A stretch of DNA of 64,000 nt from Trueperaceae bacterium (lineage in GTDB: Bacteria; Deinococcota; Deinococci; Deinococcales; Trueperaceae): assembly GCA_020354625.1 (NCBI GenBank), contig CP070651.1, positions 2,538,135-2,602,134 on the forward strand, read 5' to 3'. Each line of letters begins with the position of its first letter. The stretch's first letter is position 1. The notes under the pieces were generated by a model that had not been told where the DNA came from, did not search any database, and saw nothing but the letters and a program-made list of their open reading frames with translations. The translations under genes were made by a program, and so were the position numbers. This document shows positions 20,855 through 29,219 of this stretch, piece by piece.

Positions 20855-20880
20855 GTCGCTATTTTTCACGCCGTCCTAGA
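20855..20880 (-). promoter_or_regulatory. Degenerate copy S6 of the recurrent motif (GGCGTGAAAAATAGCGACGCTCTGAG on the minus strand), about 250 nt upstream of the integrase start
   Basis: Shares GTGAAA-AT-A-GCGAC with the S0-S5 family. Lies in an AT-rich non-coding stretch. Confidence 0.3.
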
Positions 20881-21240
20881 CAGTGTTTATAAAGCCCTTC
20901 ACCGTGATTCGTGGCGTTTGTGATTTACCGACAAGGTTTCGGCCCTACTTTGGCACTCGACACGATGTTCAAAGACAACGAGGTTGGATCACACGGGCGC
21001 CGAGCCTACCTGATGCGAACGCCTGCGGATCAGACCGGAGAGCGTCCTGCGGTCGGTTTTTGCGAGTGCGTAGTGGGATGCTGCACAAGAGTTGCGTACC
21101 TGCAGGTTTTCGATGAAGGTGGTGGATCGGTCTGTTTGTAAAATGTCGACGAGTGTTGGCTCTTCTTTGGCGCTCAACCCTTCTTTGGCGCTCGGCGTTG
21201 TGCCCAGGGGTCCCGATACGAGTGATTGTAGTGCACAGTT

Positions 21241-21281
21241 GAATGATATAAGTGATTTCTTTCACGATACTATTTCACGTG
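21241..21281 (-). promoter_or_regulatory. Copy S3 of the recurrent motif with an extra half-site (CACGTGAAATAGTATCGTGAAAGAAATCACTTATATCATTC on the minus strand)
   Basis: Contains a perfect GTGA-N6-TCAC core and a -10-like TTATAT/TATCAT. Lies in the AT-rich integrase-adjacent region. Confidence 0.4.
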
Positions 21282-21333
21282 AGATTTTTATTTGATGGAT
21301 TTGATACACTTCATTTCTCAGGACTTACCTATG

Positions 21334-21810
21334 ACACCGACCATCCAACTCATCGCCACCGACATCGACCAGACGTTGCTAGATCATAAACAGCGACTAC
21401 CGCATAAAAACAAGCTTGCGTTGCAAACTGCCCATACGCTCGGCGTTCGGCTTGTACTGGCCAGCATACGCAGGCGTGACACGTGTCTACTGGTTGCAGA
21501 CGAGCTCGCTACCCCCTGCTACCTCATCAGCCAAGGTGGAGCAGTAGTCTACCACCCCGACGGCTCTAAACTCCATGAATGTCTCATCCCCATCAAACAC
21601 GCTCGGTCGTTGGCGACCTTTGCTGACTACGCTCGGTACTGGCTCTCGGGGACGCAGAAGCGGACAAGGGTATGTTGCAATGCGCAGGCATCGGAGTAGC
21701 CGTGGGAAACGCCCGCACAGAGGTCAAAGAGGTTGCCGATTGGATCGCGCCAACAGCGCAGGACGCTGGTGTAGCGAGCGCCGTACGTCGTTTCGTTTTA
21801 AATGGCAGGC
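21334..21810 (+). pseudogene. Cof-type HAD-IIB hydrolase pseudogene (internal deletion plus frameshift)
   Basis: The N-terminal ~100 aa match HAD motif I/II (IQLIATDIDQTLLD...). About 21640 the frame shifts. The C-terminal ~55 aa match HAD motif IV (ALGDAEADKGMLQCAGIGVAVGNA...VKEVADWIAPTAQDAGVA). The middle ~110 aa cap/core region is absent. Confidence 0.6.
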
Positions 21811-21847
21811 TCTGATCTTCGACTACGCTGCTTGGGCGTGAACCGCC

Positions 21848-22060
21848 GTGGCGTTCAATCTTGCTATATCTGAGGGTGTCCTGCACGCCATCGAGAGCTT
21901 CGGAGTGAAACGGTGTATGTTCGAGAGCAACGTTCCGGTAGATAAAGTCTCGCTCTCCTATGCGGTGTTGTGGAATACCTTTAAAAAGATGGTGGCCGAC
22001 TTCGATGAAGAAAAGACGGGGCTGTTCTACGGAACCGCTGCGCGCGTGTACCGTCTATGA
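21848..22060 (+). pseudogene. C-terminal fragment (~70 aa) of an amidohydrolase-2 (PF04909-like) family protein
   Basis: Sequence ...CMFESNVPVDKVSLSYAVLWNTFKKMVADFDEEKTGLFYGTAARVYRL resembles the C-terminus of metal-dependent amidohydrolases. The N-terminal ~220 aa are missing. Confidence 0.45.
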
Positions 22061-22221
22061 GTCGATATGCGTCGACGCGGTTGCCACGGCCTCCTGCGGC
22101 TCCGACCGCACCGACCATAGACCCCCGTTACCGGCTCCAAAAAACGGCGAGCTCGGCACTATGAAACATCGTATTGACGCTTTTTGAACTGTGCTAGTAC
22201 CCTGCATCGTAGGAGGCCTAT

Positions 22222-22587
22222 GTGAAGCGTCTAGGTTGGATGTTAACTTCGTGTTTGTTTGTTGTACTCCTTGGAGCATGCGGCCCTGCCGCAACCGTAG
22301 AGCGGAACGTCTTGCCCACGCTCGTCGCCATCACCGTACCCTCATCGATGGATGACCAGGTAGTGCTGCAGGGTCGTTACTTGGGTGATGGCAGCGCCGG
22401 TCAAGCGAATAATAGTTATGTCATCATCGGCGCCGACATTTCCGGGAAAGGTGGCCTCAGAGTCAGGCCAGAAAACTGGTCGGCAACCCGCATCGAGTTT
22501 CTTGCCCCCGAAGGCGCCGGTTCGGGTTTTGTCTTTGTGGTCGTGGACGGTGTAAGGAGCAACGGTCTTCCCGCCAGCCTGCCCTAG
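22222..22587 (+). CDS. Hypothetical lipoprotein (possible IPT/TIG-like beta domain)
   Basis: Signal plus lipobox (MKRLGWMLTSCLFVVLLGAC). No catalytic motif. Confidence 0.5.
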   Translation: MKRLGWMLTSCLFVVLLGACGPAATVERNVLPTLVAITVPSSMDDQVVLQGRYLGDGSAGQANNSYVIIGADISGKGGLRVRPENWSATRIEFLAPEGAGSGFVFVVVDGVRSNGLPASLP

Positions 22588-22605
22588 AAACACTCGTGCT
22601 CTTTT

Positions 22606-22633
22606 GAGGCTGCCACGGCAGCCTCTTTTTTTT
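22606..22633 (+). terminator. Rho-independent terminator (GAGGCTGCC-ACG-GCAGCCTC + TTTTTTTT)
   Basis: 9-bp GC stem followed by a run of 8 T, right after the lipoprotein gene. Confidence 0.75.
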
Positions 22634-22678
22634 GCCTTCTTTTGCACTATGCCTCTGTAAGGAGGTACACTCAACCGT

Positions 22679-22756
22679 TATGATTGCCAGCAGCCACTCC
22701 CCTTTGCGCCACCGCATCACCAGGCGGCCACACTTACACGCGACGGGTACACCTTG
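22679..22756 (+). CDS. Putative 25-aa upstream/leader ORF translationally coupled to aspS ([25 protein letters not shown])
   Basis: Strong AAGGAGG ribosome-binding site with a 13-nt spacer. Its stop TGA overlaps the aspS TTG start (TTGA). aspS itself has no obvious SD. Confidence 0.3.
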
Positions 22757-24529
22757 AAGCGCAGCCACCGGTGCGGGTCGATCGGAAACGAACATGTCGA
22801 CACCACCGTCACGCTCCAGGGTTGGGTAAACCGCCGTCGCGATCTCGGTGGGTTGATCTTTATCGATTTGCGCGACCGTGATGGTATCATTCAAGTCGTT
22901 TTCGAACCCGAACGCTCCGAAGCCTTTAAGGTTGCGCAATCGCTTCGCAGCGAGTACGTGATCACGATCCGAGGCGTGGTGCGCCCTCGCCCCAAAAACC
23001 AACGAACCGATCGTATCCAGAGTGGCCACGTAGAAGTTCTAGCCGATACCATCGATATCTTAGCCTCAGCCGATACCCCTCCGTTTCTGATCGATGGCAG
23101 CATCGATGCAGGAGAGGTCAGCGAAGACTTGCGCCTCAGGCACCGCTATCTCGACCTTAGAAGATCCGAAGCAGCCCAACCGATCGTACTTCGCCACAAG
23201 CTTCAGAAAGCGATCTGGGACTATCTCGACCGAGAAGGGTTCATCCAGGTAGAGACACCCCTGCTAACGTTATCGACGCCAGAAGGGGCGAGAGACTACG
23301 TGGTGCCGTCACGGCATAACCCCGGTGCTTTCTACGCCTTACCGCAATCCCCACAGCTATTCAAACAGATGTTGATGATGGCGGGTTTCGACCGCTACTT
23401 CCAGATCGCTCGCTGCTTCCGTGATGAAGACTTGCGCGCCGACCGGCAGCCCGACTTCACCCAGCTCGATATGGAGATGGCTTTTGTCGATCAAGATGAC
23501 GTGCTCTCTCTCAACGAAGGCTTGCTTCGCTATGTAGTAAGCGAGGTCAGAGACCGAGAGGTAACGACGCCGTTTCCCCGCATCCCTTACCGTGAAGCGC
23601 TCGATCGATTTGGGAGTGATAAACCCGACCTTCGATTCGGCTTCGAACTCTGCGACCTCTCCCCTCTTTTCTCCGAGACCGAGTTCCGGGCGTTTCAAGA
23701 GGTGCTGGCGACAGGTGGTGCCATCAAGGGGCTTGTGGTGGCAGCGCCGGAGGCCGAACGCGTTAGTCGAAAGGTTCTCGGGTTGCTCGATGATCACGCC
23801 AAACATCACGGGGCGCGCGGCCTAGCCTGGATACGTAGAACCACGGACGGTTTCGGGGGGCCGATTGCGAAGTTCTTGAAAGCGAGTGAGATTGAAGCGC
23901 TAACAGAACACTGCCCACACCCCGGCGACGTGATGCTGCTGGTGGCGGATCAGTGGTCCTCTGCATGCACGATTTTAGGTGCCGTGCGGTTGAAACTCAT
24001 CGAACTCCTCGAGCTCGAAGCCGACCCCGAGACCTTGGCGTTCGCTTGGATCGTGGACTTTCCCCTCCTGGAGTACGACGAAGAGAAGAACGCCTTCACC
24101 TATATGCACCACCCTTTTACCAGGCCACGAGATGAGGATCTCGACCGGCTCGAAACAGATCCTGGCTCGGTTCGAGCTTGGGCCTACGACCTGGTTCTTA
24201 ACGGCCACGAGATCGGAGGAGGGTCTTTGCGCATCCATCGACTCGATACCCAATTGCAGATGTTCGCCGCGCTCGGCTTCAGCCCCGAAGAAGCACGGCG
24301 CCGTTTCGGCTTTTTTCTCGATGCACTACGCTATGGAGCCCCCCCTCACGGTGGGATAGCCTGGGGGCTGGACCGCTTGATCATGCTCTTAAGCAAGGCA
24401 GAAAGTTTACGAGATGTCATCGCGTTTCCGAAAAACCAACGTGGACAGGATCCGCTTACCGGGGCCCCGGCATTACTCGATGAAGCCCAACTCCAAGAGT
24501 TGGGGTTGCGGATTGTGAACGAGCAATGA
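22754..24529 (+). CDS. aspS: Aspartyl-tRNA synthetase, bacterial type
   Basis: 591 aa. N-terminal OB fold ([26 protein letters not shown]), class II motifs and the GAD insertion domain. [15 protein letters not shown] at the C-terminus. Confidence 0.9.
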   Translation: MKRSHRCGSIGNEHVDTTVTLQGWVNRRRDLGGLIFIDLRDRDGIIQVVFEPERSEAFKVAQSLRSEYVITIRGVVRPRPKNQRTDRIQSGHVEVLADTIDILASADTPPFLIDGSIDAGEVSEDLRLRHRYLDLRRSEAAQPIVLRHKLQKAIWDYLDREGFIQVETPLLTLSTPEGARDYVVPSRHNPGAFYALPQSPQLFKQMLMMAGFDRYFQIARCFRDEDLRADRQPDFTQLDMEMAFVDQDDVLSLNEGLLRYVVSEVRDREVTTPFPRIPYREALDRFGSDKPDLRFGFELCDLSPLFSETEFRAFQEVLATGGAIKGLVVAAPEAERVSRKVLGLLDDHAKHHGARGLAWIRRTTDGFGGPIAKFLKASEIEALTEHCPHPGDVMLLVADQWSSACTILGAVRLKLIELLELEADPETLAFAWIVDFPLLEYDEEKNAFTYMHHPFTRPRDEDLDRLETDPGSVRAWAYDLVLNGHEIGGGSLRIHRLDTQLQMFAALGFSPEEARRRFGFFLDALRYGAPPHGGIAWGLDRLIMLLSKAESLRDVIAFPKNQRGQDPLTGAPALLDEAQLQELGLRIVNEQ

Positions 24530-25332
24530 TCCCTCTTGTCGTTTGCGATCTCGATGGCACACTCGTTGGGAGCAGCGGACAAGTATCGGAATGCATCTGG
24601 CAAACGGTCGGCACGCTTCGAGCAGCAGGGATTCGTGTGGCTCTGGCCACCGGTAGACCGAACCAGGGTCTTTGCCATAAAGTCGCCCTGCAACTCGGAG
24701 CGAACCACCCTCACATCTTTCAGAGCGGAGCACTGATCGCCTATCCCGGGGGCGAGACCACGCAGGTCACCGCGCTCAAAGAGTCGGTTACGAAGACGCT
24801 GGTCGGCCGGGCGCGAGAGCTCGGTCTCGTACTGGAACTCTACACCCCGAACGCCCTCTTTATCGAGCGAAAGACGCCGCTCGGCAACGCTCACGCAAAG
24901 CTGCTCGGTGTCAAAGCGATCGTACGCGACCTCTTCGAAGTTGCCCAGAATGAACCGGTCATACGGGCACAGTGGATCGTTGCCCCCTCTCAACTCGAAC
25001 AGATCGAAGACCTGGCACCAAGAGAGGTGCAATACAGCACAGCGACTTCGCCGGCCGTACCCGAGGCCAAGTTCGTCAGCGTGACCAAAGCAGGTATCTC
25101 AAAGGGGAGCGCATTAAAGACGTTAGCCGATACCTTGAAAGTAGATCTACAAAACCTCATCGTTATCGGCGACAGTAGTGGCGATGAACCGATGCTGGAG
25201 CTCGCTGGCCATCCGTTCGTAATGGCTAATGCCGAACCGCACCTCCATAACCGTTACAAGGTCGTCGGCGACGTGGATGCGTGTGGCGCAGTCGAAGCGC
25301 TCGAGCAGGCGCTGGTGTTACAACCTCGCTGA
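24526..25332 (+). CDS. Cof-type HAD-IIB family hydrolase
   Basis: Motif I DLDGTL, motif III K, motif [11 protein letters not shown]. Start overlaps the aspS stop (ATGA). Confidence 0.8.
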   Translation: MIPLVVCDLDGTLVGSSGQVSECIWQTVGTLRAAGIRVALATGRPNQGLCHKVALQLGANHPHIFQSGALIAYPGGETTQVTALKESVTKTLVGRARELGLVLELYTPNALFIERKTPLGNAHAKLLGVKAIVRDLFEVAQNEPVIRAQWIVAPSQLEQIEDLAPREVQYSTATSPAVPEAKFVSVTKAGISKGSALKTLADTLKVDLQNLIVIGDSSGDEPMLELAGHPFVMANAEPHLHNRYKVVGDVDACGAVEALEQALVLQPR

Positions 25333-25374
25333 ACGATGCGACTCTAGACGGGGCTTTCTTGGTACACTCCTGCT

Positions 25375-26673
25375 ATGTCGTATAGCGTTATAGGAGACCT
25401 CCCATCTCGTCTCGGCGAGCGCGTCACGGTCACGGGTTGGCTCACCGGGCTTCGAAGCAGCGGCAAGATCGCCTTTTTACAGCTCCGGGATGGTAGCGGT
25501 TTCGTGCAGGGAGTTCTCGTCAAACAAGAGGTGGAGCCTTCGGTCTTCACCAGCGTGAGAAGCCTACCGCAAGAGTCGAGCGTAAAGGTGACCGGTCTCG
25601 TCAGAGAAGACGTACGCTCGCCGAGCGGTGTGGAACTCGGGGTCGAGATGGTTGAGGTAGTTTCGCTTACGAGCGACTATCCCATCAGCCCTAAAGAGCA
25701 TGGTGTCGATTTCTTGATGGATCACCGTCACCTCCATCTCCGCCACCGCGCCCCGTGGGCGATCATGCGAATCCGCGATGAGCTCGCGAGAGGGATCACC
25801 GATTTCTTCAGCGAACGAGCGTTCCTCCGCTTCGATGCCCCTCTATTTATGCCCACGGCAGTAGAAGGGACCACCAACCTATTCGAGATCAAACTCTCTG
25901 AGGACGAGCAGGCTTATCTGTCTCAATCTGGGCAGCTCTACGCAGAAGCTGGGGCGCTGGCCTTCGGAAAGGTGTACACGTTCGGACCCACGTTCCGGGC
26001 TGAAAAGAGCAAAACACGGCGACATCTCCTGGAGTTTTGGATGGTGGAGCCGGAAGTAGCCTTCATGGAACATCGGGAGAACATGGAGCTACAGGAACAG
26101 CTCCTTGTCTACCTCGTCAAGCGGGTCGTGCGCGAAAGGGGTACCGAGCTTGCGCTCTTGGGGCGTGACGTTTCGAAACTCGAACCCACCATGCAGGGAG
26201 ATTTCCCTCGTCTTCGCTATGACGACGCGCTGAAACTACTGGCAGATAAGGGGTTACCCCTGACGTGGGGAGAAGATTTGGGAGCGCCACACGAGACCGC
26301 GCTGGGAGAGGCGTTCGATCGCCCTGTAATCATCGAGGCTTGGCCTGCACAGGCCAAAGCGTTTTACATGGAACCCTATCCTGATGACCCTACGCGGGTA
26401 AAGTGCAACGACATGATCGCACCCGAGGGGTATGGGGAAATTATCGGCGGGTCGCAACGAATTCACGATTATGACTTACTGGTTAAGCGCCTCGAAGAGC
26501 ACCAGCTCCCCAAAGACGCGTTTGCGTGGTATCTCGATCTTCGAAAATTCGGAAGCGTGCCCCACGCCGGCTTCGGCTTGGGTTTCGAACGAACGCTGGC
26601 CTGGCTGGTCGGAGCGCGTCATTTACGCGAAGTCATCCCTTTTCCGAGGATGCTTACGCGTCTCTACCCGTAG
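25375..26673 (+). CDS. asnS: Asparaginyl-tRNA synthetase
   Basis: 432 aa. AsnRS-type motif 2 region ([29 protein letters not shown]) and motif 3 ([13 protein letters not shown]). Close resemblance to the Thermus AsnRS as I recall it. An archaeal-type AspRS2 is the less likely alternative. Confidence 0.75.
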   Translation: MSYSVIGDLPSRLGERVTVTGWLTGLRSSGKIAFLQLRDGSGFVQGVLVKQEVEPSVFTSVRSLPQESSVKVTGLVREDVRSPSGVELGVEMVEVVSLTSDYPISPKEHGVDFLMDHRHLHLRHRAPWAIMRIRDELARGITDFFSERAFLRFDAPLFMPTAVEGTTNLFEIKLSEDEQAYLSQSGQLYAEAGALAFGKVYTFGPTFRAEKSKTRRHLLEFWMVEPEVAFMEHRENMELQEQLLVYLVKRVVRERGTELALLGRDVSKLEPTMQGDFPRLRYDDALKLLADKGLPLTWGEDLGAPHETALGEAFDRPVIIEAWPAQAKAFYMEPYPDDPTRVKCNDMIAPEGYGEIIGGSQRIHDYDLLVKRLEEHQLPKDAFAWYLDLRKFGSVPHAGFGLGFERTLAWLVGARHLREVIPFPRMLTRLYP

Positions 26674-26699
26674 CGCTCCCGTAGTGTGGCGTGTCGGTG

Positions 26700-27257
26700 T
26701 CAAAGCGCTTGCGGTAGCGCGATATGTCCCAGAAACGTCGCCCGAGGGGTACCGTTTGTAAGGATACGCACCCGATCGATGTCGTTGGCAAGAACGGTGG
26801 CCTCGATCGATCGTAATAGTTGCAATTCGACTCCTACGGGCACAGCCACCGGTGCCGGTAAGTCGAAATCCAAAACAGCTACCCTTCGACCCTCGAGCTG
26901 TTCCACAAATACCAGCGGGAGCGGTAGCGCGTCAGGCCAGACGCCACGCCGGAAAAGTTCACCTCGCAACGCCTCGACAATCCCGTGCAACCGCTCTGTT
27001 TCGGATTCCGGTAGCCTCACGGTGAGAAACATAGGGCGCTCGAGCCCGGTGGAGTCGTATAACACCAGCCTGATCTCGCTTGTAATGGCAGCATCTTCGA
27101 CTGCTGAAGTGAGCTCTACGACAGGTGGTTTGGTGCGCCGTGACACGTTCACCATGTTGCCGAAAAGATAGCCCAGAGCAGACAATAATGCGAGTAGCGC
27201 GAGCAAGACGTGGGGCTTTGTAACCGCCCTCTTAAATGCCTCAGATCTCAGCTGCAT
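26700..27257 (-). CDS. GerMN domain-containing membrane-anchored protein
   Basis: N-terminal transmembrane segment plus a GerM-like region. Lies immediately downstream of the amidase, an amidase-GerMN pairing. Confidence 0.65.
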   Translation of the reverse strand: MQLRSEAFKRAVTKPHVLLALLALLSALGYLFGNMVNVSRRTKPPVVELTSAVEDAAITSEIRLVLYDSTGLERPMFLTVRLPESETERLHGIVEALRGELFRRGVWPDALPLPLVFVEQLEGRRVAVLDFDLPAPVAVPVGVELQLLRSIEATVLANDIDRVRILTNGTPRATFLGHIALPQAL

Positions 27258-27266
27258 CGTCCATCG

Positions 27267-28646
27267 TCAGAAGCCCCCCCGCTCGAGCACCGTCAAAAGG
27301 GTGGCAGCGAGGACCGGTGCGAGTTCGGAATCATCGAGATCAGCAGGACTCAGTTCCATTAAGAGGCCCCGTCCCGCCGACCCACTAAGGATATAAAGGG
27401 GTGCTCCGATCGGATCGTTGCTTCGGTAGCCCCGAGCTTGAAAGAGTTCGGCGCTCAGCCCTTGGGCATAGCGCCTACCGAGCGTCAAGTCTGGGATAAG
27501 CCTTAAAAGGAGTTGCCGGCGCAACTGGTTGGTGGCTGGGCTCTCCAACGCCGTCTCGGCATTTTCCCGAAGCGCCAAGTCGAGATCGTGGACCAGCTCT
27601 GCCTCATCGAGATAGTAGATGTTGTATTGCCCTCGAGGTAGCTCGGCCGCGTGGATAGAGAGAAAGAGATCGACACCGACCCCACGACCCGAACGATTTT
27701 CCAAGGATGGATTGCTGTCGTCTCGCCTTGTGAGTGTCACGTCGGCCCCACGCGCTTGAAAGGCTGCAGCGAGATCTTGTGCAAACGCGAGCGTCAATCC
27801 CCCTTCTGTTCCGAACTCAGGCAGTATGAGACCGGAATCTTCTCCACCGTGTCCGGGATCGATCACCACCGTGATCTGATTTCCGCTCGGCGCTTCAACC
27901 ACAGCCTTGACGAAAAGATCTACCGTGAGACGGTATCCTCTCGGGTTGGGGGTGGCATAAAGCCGGTAATCGGTTTCGGGAGAGAGCTGAATCCTGAAAT
28001 CGGTATGGCCCGAACCAGGGATGAGATCGGCGCGCAGGTAACGCCTGCCCTGAAACGACCTCGCCCTCGCAATATCGGTGCGCTCAAATCGGACCTGAAG
28101 CGTGTTGAGCGCAGCATTATAGAAAGAGGTGTAGGGGACCTGCGCCGTAAGATCGAAGGTGAAACGTTCAAAGCCCTGTGTCTGATGGGTCTCAGCGTCT
28201 TCGATCGTAGCCCGTGGCAACACCACGGCCACTTGATTCTGTTCGGGTAAAAATGCGACCTGCCCCGAGAAAGCCAGAGCGATCGGCTTGACCGGTACAA
28301 AGATCTGCCCACCGACCTCTATGCCACCAGAACTGCTCTGCGCCTGGTGATCGAGCCTTAGCGCAATCTCCGCGGCCGCAGCGTCGTCTGGGTTTGTGAA
28401 GACAGCGAGTCGAGCGATCTTACCGGCCATGCTGAAGCTGGCGAGCTTATTGGCTGCATCGAAGGTAAAGGTTGCCCCCAATGCTTCGGCGTACCCTTGC
28501 GCCGGTGCGTAGGATGTCCCCGGGACCAACGTGGTATTGAGCCCTTCGACGGGTTGGCCGTTAACAACGAGTTGGAGTTGCGCTACTGCGCTCGTGAAAA
28601 AGAGCAACGACACGAGTGTCGACGTAATCTTTTGCAAGGGAAACAC
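27267..28646 (-). CDS. N-acetylmuramoyl-L-alanine amidase (Amidase_3 family, AmiC-like) with signal peptide
   Basis: Amidase_3 metal-binding motif (ITVVIDPGHGGEDSG), an N-terminal signal peptide and AMIN-like repeats. Confidence 0.85.
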   Translation of the reverse strand: MFPLQKITSTLVSLLFFTSAVAQLQLVVNGQPVEGLNTTLVPGTSYAPAQGYAEALGATFTFDAANKLASFSMAGKIARLAVFTNPDDAAAAEIALRLDHQAQSSSGGIEVGGQIFVPVKPIALAFSGQVAFLPEQNQVAVVLPRATIEDAETHQTQGFERFTFDLTAQVPYTSFYNAALNTLQVRFERTDIARARSFQGRRYLRADLIPGSGHTDFRIQLSPETDYRLYATPNPRGYRLTVDLFVKAVVEAPSGNQITVVIDPGHGGEDSGLILPEFGTEGGLTLAFAQDLAAAFQARGADVTLTRRDDSNPSLENRSGRGVGVDLFLSIHAAELPRGQYNIYYLDEAELVHDLDLALRENAETALESPATNQLRRQLLLRLIPDLTLGRRYAQGLSAELFQARGYRSNDPIGAPLYILSGSAGRGLLMELSPADLDDSELAPVLAATLLTVLERGGF

Positions 28647-28664
28647 GGGTCCGACTGGTCCTCA

Positions 28665-29141
28665 CTAAGTCTCTAACGCCCGTTCGATCTGGCGTTGCGC
28701 ATCCTTTTTGGCTTCTTGCTGCCTCTTATCGTGGTGCTTTTTACCACGCGCCAGGGCAATTTCGAGTTTGGCCCAACCGTGCTTGAAGTAGAGTTTGGTG
28801 GGAACGAGCGTGAGCCCTTTACGCTCCAAGCCTCGCTTGATCTCGCGAATCTCCTGTTTGGTGAGAAGGAGCTTGCGCCTCCTCAACGGATCGTGGTTAT
28901 TGTAACTCGCTTCTTGATAGGGTGGAATATGCATGTTTTCCAAAAAGACTTCGTGGTTTTGGAGTCGGCCGTAGGCTTCGGCGATAGAGCCTCTCCCCTG
29001 CATGAGGGATTTTACTTCGCTCCCGGTCAGTGCAAGACCCGCTTCAAATGTTTCGAGAAGTTCGTAGTCGTAACGGGCGCGCCGATTGCGAAGCATGATG
29101 TGCATATCATAGCTGGGTAAGACCGGTCTCGTTGTTAGCAA
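28665..29141 (-). CDS. smpB: SsrA-binding protein SmpB
   Basis: Signature NRRARYDYELLETFEAGLALTGSEVKSL. A TTG at 29141 lies 7 nt after a CATAAT -10, a leaderless-type arrangement. Internal ATGs at 29105 and 29096 are alternative starts. Confidence 0.85.
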   Translation of the reverse strand: MLTTRPVLPSYDMHIMLRNRRARYDYELLETFEAGLALTGSEVKSLMQGRGSIAEAYGRLQNHEVFLENMHIPPYQEASYNNHDPLRRRKLLLTKQEIREIKRGLERKGLTLVPTKLYFKHGWAKLEIALARGKKHHDKRQQEAKKDAQRQIERALET

Positions 29142-29146
29142 AGGTG

Positions 29147-29183
29147 CAATTATGTGTTTTATTTCACGATACCATTGTTCGTG
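29147..29183 (-). promoter_or_regulatory. Copy S4 of the recurrent motif (CACGAACAATGGTATCGTGAAATAAAACACATAATTG on the minus strand); likely smpB promoter
   Basis: The motif 3' end is CATAAT, 7 nt upstream of the smpB TTG. An A/T-rich tract lies upstream. Confidence 0.5.
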
Positions 29184-29219
29184 ATTATATTGCCGTATAG
29201 ATGTTTACCGCTCCAATAC

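Noticed and set aside
20969-21265. 98-aa minus-strand ORF starting at the GTGA of motif copy S3
   Set aside because: Low-complexity, Arg-rich product. The start codon coincides with the conserved motif by chance. No ribosome-binding site.
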